Source of the DNA: Mobula hypostoma
Taxonomy: Eukaryota
DNA: 64,000 nucleotides
Direction: 5' to 3'
Assembly (NCBI RefSeq): GCF_963921235.1
Contig: NC_086097.1
Location: 209,500,001 to 209,564,000, forward strand
Shown: in pieces, positions 12,701 through 27,700 of the stretch
Position numbering within the stretch: the stretch's first letter is position 1
Layout of the letters: every line of letters begins with the position of its first letter
Made by a program: the position numbers and the translations under genes
The notes under the pieces: model-generated
What the model saw: the letters and a program-made list of their open reading frames with translations, nothing else
Told to the model about the DNA's origin: nothing
Database searches by the model: none

Positions 12701-15700
12701 GGGATCGTATAGAAACATACAAAATTTTGAAAGGGATAGATAAGATAGAAGTAGGAAAGTTGTTTCCATTGGTAAGTGAGACTAGAACTAGGGAACATTG
12801 CTTCAAGATTCAGGGGAGAAGATTTAGGACAGAGATGAAGAGAAACTGTTTTTCCCAGAGAGTGGTGAATCTGTGGAATTCTCTGCCCAGGGAAGCAGTT
12901 GAGGCTTCTTCACTAAATACATATTTAAGATACAGTTAGATAGATTTTTACATAGTAGGGGAATTAAGGATTTTGGGAAAAAGGCAGGTAGATGGAGCTG
13001 AGTTTACGGACAGATCAGCCATGATCTTATTGTATGGCGGGCAGGCTCAATGGGCCAGATGACCTGCTCCTGCTCCTATTTCTTATCTTCTTATGTTCTT
13101 ATATTGCACTTGGAGAGGTGGAGTTGGGAGAGAGTAGTAAGTGAATAATAAAGAGACAAAGAAAAAAAGAAATGTTGGGAGGCTGCTGTCTTTTACTCTG
13201 CTTTCTTGATGACCCATGAGGAGCCCTTTCCCATCATGGTTATCTTTAGACTGTAAACATTCACCGGGTGAAGGTGCAGTCTGGATTGGCTGGCCAGATG
13301 GAATGCCACAGTCTCAAACGTGCACATCAGATACCTTTACTGAGGACCACAAAGACAATCATGCAACAAGCCTCTGGCACCAAGGCCTCACGATCACTAT
13401 TACAACTTTCAGACCTCGCCTGGTCCTGGCTGTTTTCAATCTTTCCCTCTGTGTCAGCTGAGCAATCTAATTAAGACTCTGATCCTGATGAAGAGAGTTA
13501 AGGGTCAGTGTTGCATCACTCTGCACCTGCAGAAGTAAGATACGATCAAGTATGCATATCCCTGCTCAAGTAAGAGACCAGAGTGGCATCATTCCAATCA
13601 TGTGGAAAAGCAGTCTGCTCAGATGCATCAACTCTCTGTTGGCAGAGTGCCCTCTGTTCCCAGTGAGGTGACCAGTGGTGGGGTCCCTGTCTGTAATGAG
13701 ATCTGCAGTATGCCCAGAAATAAATCTCACTGTTCAAGGAAGAAATCAGCCCAGTGGTTTATCCCTGTTCTATGCTTTCATACGACAAAGACCAGTTGGG
13801 TCAGGGGGAGAATGTGTGGTGGAAGAAAGACTTCCATGCCTCCATCAGAAGCCCTGCTGCAGCTATAGGCTTCACCAGTGCACGGTCAATGTCTCCTAAA
13901 CCTGCGCAGAGTGGAGGTAGCAGTCTCCAGTGTGCAGACAATGGAGAGACAGGAGATAAGTCCTCCACGTTTCTGGGCATTTCCGGCATTCAACAGAGGC
14001 CTGACATTATACAACCATCTTTTCCACATGCACATCAGCTATGTCATGAATACATCCTGTTCATGGTCATCAGTCAAGTTCAGTTTCTTTATAGAGACAC
14101 AAAAGACTGCGGTTACTGGAGTCTGGATTAAAACAAAACAAGATCAAAATGTTGCTCTTCCTATCTGGTTCTCAGGATGCAGCCTATGCCAGGTCAGAAT
14201 CCTCAGAGCCTGCATATCAGACTCAGATAGTCAGGGCTCACTCAATGGCCAGCTCAGGATGTCAGGGACCATTAGAATTCAGATCCAGGCCTTCGGAGCC
14301 CAATTGATGCCAGCTACAGGACCTCAAGATCCATGACGTCAGTCTTTGGTTGCTGGGAGACATTTAGTGTACATGATGGTATTCTGGGCATCTTTGATGA
14401 TTCTGTTCAATTATAATCTCCAACTGGTCTGGTGGCTGGATACTAACAAGTCAATTCCAAAGGAAAAAAATGTTTCCGATGGGTTATCATCTTGGAAAAA
14501 AAAACAATTTCAGCAGCATCATTTATCAACGCCAGTTACAGAAAACACTGAAACAAATTTCCTCAGACTCCTTTCAACAGAACCAGTCTATGAAATATTT
14601 CCAGCATCAATTGAATTTTAATGAACAGCCATTAAAAACAGAAAAATCGCAATGTTTTCAACAATGACGGGAATTAATAATCCTGACCGGTGCAACAGGC
14701 TGAACAAAAGAACATAATTAATGAAAAAATACAACTGGAGGTTGGCATAAACATTTTTTTTTTAAATCCTATATATGTTTAATCATTTCCTAGACTTTTT
14801 TCATTGCTTTCTCATTTTTTTTTCCTTTGAATGCTGACAGTTCTCTCATACATGGGCTGGTCTGTCATATGCTTGGCTTCTTGTTCACTGTGAGGTCACT
14901 TTTAAGCATTCTTCCCCTTTCGTTTAAATCTCAGCTTTCTTGTTCTCACTGCTCCAGTGGGGTAGGTTTCTGCAATGTCACCAAGCTCCCTTTCACTTCA
15001 CCTATACACCTCGGACTTCAACTACTGCACAGAGTCTTGTCTTCTTCAGAAGTTTTCTGATGACTTTGCCATAGTTGGATGCATCAGCAAGGGAGATGAG
15101 GCTGAGTACAGGGCTACGGTAGGAAACTTTGTCACATGGTGTGAGCAGAATTATCTGCAGCTTAATGTGAAAAAGACTAAGGAGCTGGTGGTAGACCTGA
15201 GGAGAGCTAAGGTACCGGTGTCCCCTGTTTCCACCCAGGGGGTCAGTGTGGACATGCTGGAGGATTACAAATACCTGGAGATACGAATTGACAATAAACT
15301 GGACTGGTCAAAGAACACTGAGGCTGTCTACAAGAAGGGTCAGAGCCGCCTCTATTTCCTCAGGAGTCTGAGGTCCTTTAACATCTGCTGGACAATGCTG
15401 AGAATGTTCTACGAGTCCTGGACTTATTTCCTGGCATAATTTACATATTACTATTTAATTATTTATGGTTTTATTACTATTTAATTATTTATGGTGCAAC
15501 TGTAACGAAAACCAATTTCCCCTGGGATCAATAAAGTTTGACTACGACTATGATTAAAATACAGATTCATCTCAGAATGACACACTGATGGATTTTGCCC
15601 ATTTCAAGTGATTCAGCAGGCTGACTTTTCATTTCTATTACCTAACATTAGGGAGGGAGGGAACGTCTCTCCCTCGATGTTCCGTCCCCAACATTAACAA

Positions 15701-18700
15701 GGAAGTAACAGCTACAAAATGAGGCTGATGGTCTTACATTCTCTAAAGAACTGATGTAGAATACTTCAAATGCTAGTTGCTGAAAAACAATTTGTTCAGG
15801 ATTCTGAGAAGTCCTTTTAGCTCAGGAGGCGGGATCTAAACAAGGTAATTCTGGACACAAACAAGAGAAAGTCTGCAGATGCTGGAAATCCAAGCAACAC
15901 ACACAGAATGCTGGAGGAACTCAGCAAGTCATTCAGGAATTACTATTGTGCAGTTGGCAGAGAAAACGTGCTCCTCCAAGTATGGATTGTCTTTGTCTAA
16001 AGCTGATTCGTAGATCCACTCATTAGCATTAACTGCAATTTCAAAGGGCTCTTTTAAAAAGCAGTTACTGATTTGATGGGTTAAAAAGATTGCTGGAATC
16101 ATCATCTCTGCCACATCTTCCCTTCCAGATGTTGTTCATGTTAAAGGGTGATTCACAAATAAAGCTGGCGTGCAAAGCACAGTGGTACTTTTGAGTGTGA
16201 GCAGTGAGTTTAACATTTTGATTTCTACCTTATGTTTGCCCTCTGAGCGGAGGGCGTGGACAGCCAGTTGTTTTGTATTTTTCAGAATGGCCTGGAGTTA
16301 AATCCTTGAATGTATTAAAAACATAGTGCTTTCAAAAATGATTAGCTTTCAATAACTTTATCACCTATTTTCTTTTTTCTATCTACCACTTATTTAATGG
16401 ATATTTCATATACAGTCCAAGTCACTGAAGACTGCTGGGAACATTGGGCCTGTGCTGCTTTTCAGATCTCTTATTATTGCAACAGGACTTTTTTTTATAA
16501 CCCCTACTAGGATTTGAATAGTTAATAAAATGCTAACTACAAAATTGGGAGAATTGACTTCCCCTGGTCAGTAGGTAGAAAGCTGAATACAATAAATTTA
16601 AGATGAAGACAGAAGATAGAAGGATTTGTATACGGAGTTTTTGTTAGGACTTGGAGAAGCACTAGCATTAAGAAGCAAGATCCAGCAAAGCATTCAGAAT
16701 TTAAGTGCATAAGTATTTGAAAAGAAAATACAAAAACAGTGTGGGAAAAGACAGCAAAATGGAACCTAATGAAAAGCAGTCTCTGTTTATGATTGAAGTT
16801 CAAGCTTGGACACATGTGGCTAAAACGTATGTGCTAATCTACGTGAAAGAATAATTCAAGTAATAATAATATTATAAGGGAGCTGGGAACTTTGGCTAAT
16901 CTACAATTGAAATAATTTGTAATGCTCCATCAGAAATTCATGTAAAATGCTTGTTCAAGCAAATTAAAAAACATTGTCATTAATCACAGAAATTTAATGA
17001 CAGATTTCCCTTAATTGGCAATTTCTTTATGAGGCAAAACCATTGGCAATCCATCCAGCTGATAGTACCAGGAAACTGCTCATCTTCCTGCAGAGGGCCT
17101 CATTGTTCTTAACAGAATTAAAGATTACATTCACATTGACTCCTCTGACCAGTTCATTATTATCAGGAGGGTCAAACTGCAGGGTAATTGCAGCTATTAA
17201 AAGACAAATGGGTGCAAAACAATTACATTAGAGAAAGGGAAAAGGAAGAAAGTTTAAATTGCAATAGAAGTGATATTAACTCAGATTTTTAGTTGCTGTT
17301 GTTGCCAGGTAAAAGATCAAATGAAGTATATAAATCTGCTAATCCTCCTTGGAAGCTTTTTAGGAAGATCATATAGGCAAAGACAATAATTGACATTAGA
17401 ATTGCTGTGTGTATGCAAGATAGTAGTAGAAATTGTTTAATAACCTCACAACAGAGGAGATGGTGATGCACCCATGAACAAGCTTACACAGAAAAACAAA
17501 TTAAAATATTATGTATTGGGTTACGTCAACCTGGTTCAGTACCAAACTGGTCATGGTCAGCTCATGTGTGCACTTGTCGGGATGCAGAAAACCTATTTGC
17601 TGCAAAATCCAGAGGTCTGGTCTGGACAGTGACAGTGCCCAAAATGGTACAGTAATAGTTTGCCCCCCAAAACTTTCCTAATAGCCAGCAAAGTTTGGGG
17701 TAGGGGTTGTTGCCAGCTGTAACAGTTTTAATTGTTTTTAATGGTTTTTAGATTTTTGACATTCATTAAAAAACATTGGAATTGCAGTAAATAGTTTGCA
17801 AACTTATAAGTTATGGAAGCTACTTTTTAAGCTAACTAAAATGCACAATTCACAACTAATTGAAACTGTTAAAGTGAAGAAATAATTATTTTAAGATGTA
17901 TCATACGATCCTATTTGTCTCCTGTTTGTCTTTACATTTAGTGAGGATTGTATGATCAAAATCATTGGCAATATTCAGCACTATCTGTCCTATTACCAGA
18001 AGCACATGAATAAATTAATTGCTGAGACACATAAACTACCATACCAGTTGCCTTCTAAATCTTTTCCCTATGATCCTCATTAAATCTCAGATCCTATATT
18101 AGGCACAGATTCAATGTACGGTCTACTCCATCCGTGCATCTTAATGAATAAATATTCAGCACAATCTGGCCTATTAACAGAAGACAATGCAACATACAGT
18201 ATGAACAAGTATTCACTTTCCATAAATACTACTGAATACAACCATTCCATTGTGTCTTATCTACTCCCAAGACCAAATGTGCTATAATTATCTTTAAATT
18301 ATTGTATATACAAAAGTTACAATTAGGCTTTTGTTACAGAAAGATTTCTTTAAAACTCACTTTTAAGTGATTTGAAATAAGGCCATAAGACCATAAAATA
18401 TAGGAGCAGAATTAAGCCATTCTGCACATTGAGTCTGCTGTGTCATTCAATCAGAGCTGATTTGTTTTCCCTTTCAAACTCATTCCCCTGCCTTCGCCTC
18501 GTAACCTTTGACTGCCTTACTAATCAAGAACCTATCAACCCCAGCCGTAAATATATCCAATAACTTTGTTCATGAATACCACGGGTTCACTGCCATCTGG
18601 CTGAAGAAATTCCTCCTCACCTCTGTTCTAAAGGGACATCCTTCTCTTCTAAGACTGTGCTCTCTAATTCTATACTTTCTTACTAATGGAAGCATCTGCT

Positions 18701-21700
18701 CCACCTCTGCTCTATCTACAAAAAAGTTGTTGGTGAACACAGCAAGCCAGGCAGCATCACTAGGAAGAGGTACAGTCGACATTTCGGGCCGAGACCCTTC
18801 GTCAGCCCGAAACGTCGACTGCACCTCTTCCTAGAGATGCTGCCTGGCCTGCTGTGTTCACCAGCAACTTTTATGTGTGTTGCTTGAAATTCCAGCATCT
18901 GCAGATTTCCTCATGTTTCCGCTGTATCTAGGTGTTTTGATATTCGGTAGGTTTCAATGAAAGAAGATAGATGTGGAAAAATATCAGAAATTAAATATCA
19001 TTTACACCATTTTGTAGTAAGATATGTGGTATTATTAAATAGGCAGTAAACTATTTTACATTGAAGTGTTATTGATACAATATTGTTACTTCTTTCATTA
19101 TAGTTGTGAGCTACCAGATAAAAATGTACTGTGGTGCCTTTCTGAACATAGAACATCCTATGATGATATCATTGTGTTTGTATGGGGCCAATGGAGATAC
19201 AGGAGACAGAAGCCTTATTAAACCTTTTCACAAAGAGAAAAGAGATAGACAGGTACTTGATGTATCAATTGCCACAGATTTTACAGTATATACTTGTAAG
19301 GGGTGTCTTCTTTTATGTTACTACATACGTTAATCAAGATGGCTTCTTTGTTATGTTAAATGCTGAGAAGGTTCTCTCGCTGCGGCTTGTTTGGGTTATA
19401 TTATTGATAAGAGAGAAAATGAACCAATGGGTGTCCATGTTATTGTTTTTTGGGGTGATATTCTGTCTTATAAGGCTGGGAAACAGTGTTTTTGATGGGC
19501 TTTTGGAGGAGAGACCGGGAGTAAGACGGACGGGCTGGGAGCGCTCTGGTCAATCACTTTGGGTGGTCCTGAGCTGCGAGTCGAGGGGGTCGGAGTGGAT
19601 CACAGGATGAAGAAAGAAGGTTCCGGGGTATCTGAGCTCCAACTGTGTGCACGAAGAAATTGAACTTTGATAAGTCTGGCGCCTTTTTCTTTTCCTTTTA
19701 TATTGTAACTCTATTAATCTCATAGTCCTAGTAAGATTTATAAAGTGTAGTCTGTAAAATGTACATTGTGTGCTGGCTGATGATTGATGTTTGAGGCTGA
19801 ATCAGGTGGCATTGCACAGCAACTGACGCAACCAGGAGACACGGATGGGCGGCAGACAGGGTTTCCCCGAGGTAAATTCGAGCCGATATAGCTGAGCGTT
19901 ACATACTTTTTACCCTCCTTGGACAGGAATATGTTGATTTTTCCAATTGTTCAATTGTATTTCCTGTCATTGAGTCTAGCAGTCTTGACAATAATTGAGG
20001 GAACTATTATTAATAATCTAGATATAAGTTAACAAAGAAAAGCTAGCACAGATAAAAGTCTATTTGTTTTAACCAAATTGATTGAATTTTTTGGTATTAA
20101 GTGGCAAAGGTTGGGGGAGGGAATGAGCTCCCAGGGAAAAGCCACGGTGAGCAATTCTCTCTTACCGAGTCTGGCTCTGTGGCTCAGAAGGGAAGGGGGA
20201 AGAAGAGGTGTGCAGTGGTGACAGGGGTTTCCATAGTCAGAGGAGTTGACAGGAGATTTTGTGGCCATAAAAGAGATACCCGGATGGCATGTGCACAACA
20301 TTCTAAAGTGTGTGGGGGGGTGAAATACAAAAGTTGTGGTACATATTAGTACCAACGACATAGGTAGGAAAAGTGATGAAGTTCTGAAAAGAAAATGTTA
20401 GGTAGAGAACTAAAAAGCAGGACCTCAAGGGTAGCAATCTCTGGATTGCTGTCTGTGTCATACACCTTAAGAATAGGATGATCTTGCAGATGAATGCAAG
20501 GCTGTGGAATTGATGCAAGGGACAAGGTTTCAGATTTCCAGATCATTGCAATTTCTTCTGGAAAATGTATGACCTGTACAAAAAGATTGGGTTACACCAG
20601 AACTCGAGGACCATTATCCTTGTGGGCAGGTTTGCTAGAACTGTTGGGAGGGGTTTTAATTAATTTGGCAGAGGGATGGGAACTGGGGTGATAGGATTGA
20701 GGATGGGGCAGTAGGTATGCAGTGAAACTATGAGGAGGGATAGGCAGATGATAGGGCAAAATTGCGGTCAGTGGGATGGGTTGAAGTGTAATATAGGTGT
20801 AAGTTCAAATAGGGTGTTGAATATAGGACTGAAAGTGTTACACAAACAAAATGCTGGAGGAACTCAGCAGGACAGGCAGCATCTATGGAAATGAATAAAT
20901 AATCAATATTTCACGCCGAGACCTTTCTTCAGGACGGTTAGCTTATGGTGACTACTGACATTTGAAAGGGCTTGGTTTGGGGACCACTTCTTTTCACATT
21001 ATACGTCAATGATTTCTATGACAAAATTGATGGATTTGTGGCAAAGTTTGCAGACAATACAGAGACAGGTAAAGGACCAAGTAATGTTGGGAAAGCAGGC
21101 AGTGTGCAGAAGAACTTAAATAGATTAGGAGAATGGGCAAAGAAGTGGCAGATGGAATATAGTGTAGGGATGTGTATAGACATGCAGTTTGGTAGAAGGA
21201 GTAAAGGCGTACAATATTTTCTACGTGGGGAGAAAATACAAAAATCAGAGGTGCAACAGGACTTGTAAGTCCTCATGCAGAATTCCCTCAAGGTTAACTT
21301 GCAGATTGAATCGGTGGTAAGTAAGACAAATGCAATGTTAGCATTTATTTCAAGAGAACTAGAATATAAAAACAAGGATGTAATGCTGAAGCTTTATAGG
21401 GCATTGATTAGGCCTCACTTGAAGTATTGTGAGCAGTTTTGGGCCCCTTTATGAAGAAAGGATGTGCTGACATTGGAGAGGGTCCGAAGGAGATTCATAA
21501 GAATGATTCTGAGAACGAAAGGTTAACTTTTGAGGAGAGATTTCAATGTTTCTTGGCTGGTACTCACTGAAGTTTAGAAGAATGGGGAGGATCTCATTGA
21601 AACCTAACAAAAGCCCTAGAGAGTCTGGATATGGAGTTGATGTTTCCAACAGTGGGTGGGTCTAGGACCAGAAAGCGCAGCCTCAGAGTAGAACAGGGAT

Positions 21701-24700
21701 GAGGAGGAATTTCTTTAGCTAGATGGAGCTGCCACAGATGCTGTGGAGGCTAAATCATTGGATGTATTTAAAGCAGAGATTGATAATGTTCTTGATTCAT
21801 AAGGACATCAAAGGTTCTGGGAAGAAGGCAGGAGAAGGGGCTGAGAGATATATCAACCATGATGGAATGGCAGAGCAGACTTGATGGACTGACTGGTCTA
21901 ATTCTGCCCCAATGTCTTGTGGTCTAATGAGGGCAATATAGTTAATGATGTTCTTTCAAAATATGTTTAATGCAGTACAGTACCACATAATTAGCTTGTC
22001 AGTAAACTCAAGCTTTATAGATATAAAATTCATTTGGAGATCAGAAGAAAAGAAATGGTGATCAGTTGTTGCTCACACTGGAAGAAGGCATGCAGTGATG
22101 TCCTCCAAGGATTTGTACTAGAATGACTACAATAGGCTAATGATTGTGGCTTGGATGTGCAACCCTCATTGCAAACTATAGCAAACAATGAGGAGGATAG
22201 TGATGAACTTCAAAGAAATTTAGACAGTCTGAAGGAATACATGGATATGTAACAAGAAGTTCTTTGGAGCAAAGAAAGTTAAGGAGAAATGAAATGCAAG
22301 TATTCCAAATCATGCAGGATCTAGAAAGAACAAGATAAAGAAACTTTCCATTCACAGAAGAGTCAAGAAACAGAATACATAGATTTCATTTATTGATAAG
22401 AAAACCAAACAAGTCTTGGGGAAACATCTTTCAGGAGTGCATTGTTTGACAGGGTACTAGAAGTTTATTCAATAATAATGAAGAAATGGGCAATGAAAAT
22501 AAGTTGTAGAGCTGCAAGGAAAGAGCTACAGAATGTGATGAATTAGATTGCCCTTACTAAAGTCCGGCACAAACTTGAGAGGTTTCTCCTCTGCTGTAAC
22601 TAATCTACAATCCATACTTGAACAAAGATTGTGTTCTTTTTCCAGGGGTATTTGTTTGAAGTTAATGCTGTGCAGCTGGGGAGTCTACATACCCTGGAAT
22701 TGCATGTCAGCAGTATAAGCAGTAAGTTCAATTATTGTCAACGTAGTAGAACAATTTATACCTTAGTTAAGTTAACGCTGCCCCAATTTCTTTCACCCAC
22801 GTTAGAGCATTTACACTCTCAGGCTCTTTGGCAAGACTGATTATTACACTTCGCTAAAAAATGATGAACACAATTTCATTGTTGTGCCTTGAGTTTACAT
22901 AAACAGTATTTTAAGTGCTTGCCTTTCCCTTGGCCACTTTGCCATCAAATTGCTTTTGAAAGCTTTGCCAAACTCGTGAACTTAAACACATAGATATCTT
23001 GTGAAAGACAGCCGAAGTTCAGTTTTGTTTAGAGGTCTAATTCTTGGCTGTACTACTTTCCTTGAAATCAATAGAACTGAATTTCAAAAGCAGAATACAA
23101 CAAGGATATTCTATTTAGTACAAGTGACTAGGCATGGTTTTCTAGTCCTTGATCTCAATCAAGAGAAAATCTGCAGATGCTGGAAATCCAAGCAACACAC
23201 ACACAAAATGCTGGAGAAACTCAGCAGGCCAGCAGCATCTATGGAAAAAAATACAGTCAACGTTTCAGGCCAGGACCCTTCAGCAGGACTGAAGAAGGAA
23301 CATAGAACATAGAAAACCTACAGCACAATTCAGGCCCTTCGGCTCACAAGGCTGTGCTGAACATGTCCTTACCTTAGAAATTACCCAGGGTTACCCATAG
23401 CCCTCTATTTTTCTGAGCTCCATGTACCTGTTCAGGAGTCTCTTAAAAGACCCTATCGTATCCGCCTCCACCACCGTCGCTGGCAGCCCATTCCAAGCAC
23501 TTACCATTCTCTGCGAAAAGAACTTACCCCTGACATCTCCTCTGTACCTACTTCCAAGCACCTTAAAACTGTTCCCTCTCATGCTAGCCATTTCAGCCCT
23601 GGGAAAAAGCCTCTGACTATCCACCCGATCAATACCTCTCATCGTCTTGGAAAGGAAAGATGCCAAGTAGATTTAAAAGCTAGGGGAGGGGAGAGAGAAA
23701 CACAAGGTGATAGGTGAAACTGGGAGGGGGAGGGATGAAGTAAATAGCTGGGAAGTTGATTGGTGAATGAGATACAGGGCTGGAGAAGGGAGAGTCCGAT
23801 GGGTGAGGATAGAAGGCCATGGAAGAAAGAAAGGGGGGAGCACTGGAGGGAGGTTGTGGGCATGCAAGGAGGTAGGGTGAGAGAAGGAAAAGGGGATGGG
23901 GATTGGTGAAGGAGAGGGCAGGAGAGCATGACCTGAAGTTCGAGAAATCAATGTTCATGCCATCAGGTTGGAGGCTACCCAGATGGAATATACGGTGTTG
24001 TTCCTCCAATGCGACTGTGGCTTCATTGTGACAGTAGAGGAATGAGAATGGGAAGTAGAATTAAAATAGGTGGCCACTGGGAGATCCTCCTTTTTCTGGT
24101 GGGTGGAGCATAGGTGCTCAGAGAAACAGTCTCCCAATCTACATCGAGTCTCACCAATATACAGGAGCTCACACCGGGAGCACTGGACACAGCCTATAAT
24201 CTCAACAGACTCACATGTGAAGTGTCACCTCACCTGGAAGAAATGTTTGGGGCCCTGAATAGTAGTGAGGGAGGAGGTGTAGGGGATGTTGTAGCACTTA
24301 TTCCGCTTGCAAGGATAAGTACCAGAGGGAGATCAGTGGGTTAGTGTTCCTCTTGTCCTCACCTACCACCTCATCAGCTTCAGCATCCAGCACGTATTTC
24401 TCCACCACTTCCATCATCTCCAAAGGGATCCCACTACGAGGCACATCTTTCCCTCCCCCCCGCCCCCACTTTCTACTTTCCGTAGGGATCGCAGCCCATG
24501 CGGCTCCCTTGTCCATTCGACCCTCCCCACTGATCTCCCTCCTGGCACTTATCCTTGCAAGCTGAACAAGTGCTACACCTTCCCGTACACCTCCTCCCTC
24601 ACCACCATTCAGGGCCCCAAACAGTCCTTCCCGTTGAGGTGACACTTCAACTCTGAGTCTGTTGGGGTCATATACTGTGTCCAGTGCTCCAAGTGTGGCC

Positions 24701-27700
24701 TCCTGTAAGATCAGTGAGACTCGCCGAGCACCTATACTCCATCTGTCAGTAGAAGCGAGATCTCCTAGTGGCCACCCATTTTACTTCCACTTCCCATTCC
24801 CATTCCGATGTCAATCCATGGTTTCCTCTACTGTCGTGATGAGGCCACGCTCAGGTTGGAGGAACAACACCTTATATTTTATCTGGGTAGCTTTCAACCT
24901 GATGGCATGAACATTGATTTCTCGAACCTCCAGTAACGGCTCTGCTGCCCTCTTCTTCACCAGTCCCCATCCCCTTTTCTCTCTCTCACCTTATTTCCTT
25001 GCCTGCCCACCACCTCCCTCTGATGCTGCCCCCCCTCACCGCCTTTTCTTTCTTCCATGGCCTTCTACCTTCACCTATCAGACTCCCCCTTCTCCAGCCC
25101 CGCATCCCTTTCACCGATCAATTTCTCAGCTACTTACTTCATCCCTCTCCCTCTTGGTTTCACCTATCACCTTGTGTTTCTCTCCTCTCGCACTTTTTAA
25201 ATCTACTCATCTTCCTTTCTTCAGTCCTGCAGAAGGGTAACGGCCCAAAACATCGACTGTATTTCTTCCATAGATGCTGTCTGGCCTGCTGAGTTCCTCC
25301 AGCACTTTGTGTGTGTTCCTTGATCTCAGTGTTTTTTTTTTGCCTTTGTTAAAGTCACTGCCTTATTTCCTTGTTACAGTAGTGACTACATCTCAAGACT
25401 ATTCCATTTCCTGTAAATGATTTGGGACGTTTTGAGCCTGCCAACTGTGTACAGTAATCAAGTTCTTGCTACCCTCAGTCTAATCTGAATTGAAGGATTA
25501 CGCATGAGCTGTGGGTTTTGGAATGCTAATGGCTTGTTCAATGGGAACCAAATCTTTACATACCTTGCATCATTTTGGCACCAGGAATGTTTGTTTGGAT
25601 CCCTAAGGGGAGAAGTGGGCCAGTTTGTGAAAGCTGGTTTTCCAACAGCTGGTCTGCCATTGGTGGTTGACTGGAACAAAGAACGTGTACACACCTGCGT
25701 GACTCCCCGCCTGAGACCTCAGGGGAATGGAAATAAACAGAATCAGGCTTGGTCTGTTATAGGCACACGCAGGCTGGACCTACAAACATCAAACAATGTG
25801 TTTGCTTCTTCCTTTTTAACAACTTTCTAGGGGTTTTCATTAAACAATTATCATTCTGTAAATAATTTGCCCAGAAAGCTGTGCACACAGTGAGCTGGCT
25901 GATAAAGCCAATGTCCTCAGAAGGAAGTTGGAAGAGGTACAAAGCCATTAGATTGTAGAACCACAATGACCTTCACCAGCACAGGTATTGTAATGTGTTG
26001 TTAGGCTCCAACTTATTCCAACAGGAGATATAAAATCATACCATAATTATATGCATTTTTGTTCAGTTAAGAAATTAAGTTTGAATCGCTGTTAGAATTA
26101 TTTAATTTTTTTTCCAGGCATCAAGCTATATATCAAAGAGATATACGTAACTGAAGTTAGCTACCCAAGAAAGGTTTATGCCTTTACAGTAAATGAGTGA
26201 GTAAGATTCCCAGCTCACTGCTGATGATTCAGCATTAAAAGGGATTGGGATTGTATGATTACAGCATTAAAAAGGGACCATTGAACATGTTGTGCAATCA
26301 GATTCTTTGTCAAACAAAAACATTCTGTTCATTCCACCTACTTCTGTGGTGGTACCAAATGTCCAATTTCTTTTGAAACCTACTATATGATTCTACTGCC
26401 GTTAAAGAGGGTGCATTCCACATCATAATGCATTGAAAGTTCTTGTCATGTTGTAGCCGTTAGATGAGGAATGAGTTAGAAGTTAGATGCTGAACTCAGT
26501 CTCAAAAGAATGCACAATGATCATGAGATGAAATTTATATTATTATTTTTATTCCTTTGTGCCAGTATGGTTGGGGGTATTATTGGGTTTTAGCTTCCCT
26601 TTTGGCGAGAATGATATAGTGTTAGGCTGGAATAAAGCATAAGTTAATTATGAAATGGGGGAATTGGAATTGTGTTCATTGTATCTAAAGCCCAGTGAGA
26701 TACAGTATACTCGGACAAAAGGAGTGTTCTGTGGTTCCTGTTCCCTTCAATTTTCTATAAATGCTGGCAAAATCTGAGCTCAAATGCCAGCAACTCTGGG
26801 CAACACATACCAAACCAAAGCAAATCTTGAAATTTGTTCTTCCATTTACTCCTGCAGAGCAATCCAGGCAGCAGAAGGTGCCACAGTTTTCATTAATTAT
26901 TTTTTGTTCTCTTGCTGTGAGTTGTGGATCAGACTTAAAAGCCAGAAGGTACCCTATAAGCTCTTGTTTCCTGATGAATATATTTTGGTTTGGAGTGATG
27001 ATTCAAATATTGAAAGCGGTCCAGTCTGGAAGAGGAAGAATACCTCATTGCTATTTCCTAGATGGTGGGCAGAGCACATTATGATTCTTTGAACATGGTC
27101 ACATACCAGTTTTATTTTCAAGCAGTGGAAACACTTGTAGCATGTGTTTGAATTCACCATATTGCCACAAATATGAGGTGAGTGCAGTCAGTGGGACCTT
27201 ACAGTCCTAGCAAGCTTACAATCCTCAGGAGATATCTGGGTTATGAAGCTTGGAGATTCACTTTCTTGCAGGAGTTTACAGGGAAAAAAGAAATACAGAA
27301 TATTGCAGGGAAAAAAAACTATATATAAATGAAGACTGACAAACACCAATAGCCAAAGAAGACAAACTGTGCAAATGAAATAATATTTGGAACATGAGAT
27401 GTGAAGTGTTCTTAAAAGTGAGTCTGCAGGTCATAGAATGAGTTCAGAGTAGTGATGAACAAAGTTATCCACACTTGTTCTGGTTGTAGGGTAGTAACTG
27501 TTCCTCAACCTGGTGGTGAAGGACATAAGGCTTCTACATGTCCTGCCCAGTGGTAGTAGTGAGAAGAGGCCATGGCTGGATGCTACTAATGTACATTTTG
27601 TGGTCATAGTCCTCAAAATCCCATTAACAATTTAAAATAAAAACAAAGCTAAGAAATGTTTTTAGATTATTTTCCAATTGTGAGGTTTGAGAGGAGAAGC

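Noticed and set aside
9289..13000. CR1 ORFs as functional or domesticated genes
   Set aside because: Multiple stops, frameshifts and large internal deletions.
13200..14400. Cluster of 60-150 aa ORFs in GC-balanced sequence
   Set aside because: No recognisable domain or consistent splice pattern; possibly an old degraded transposon, but it could not be assigned.
25504..27092. ORFs 25504-25830 and 26761-27092 as PLAT gene exons
   Set aside because: No PLAT motif, and the exon chain is already complete and in phase through 26118-26196.
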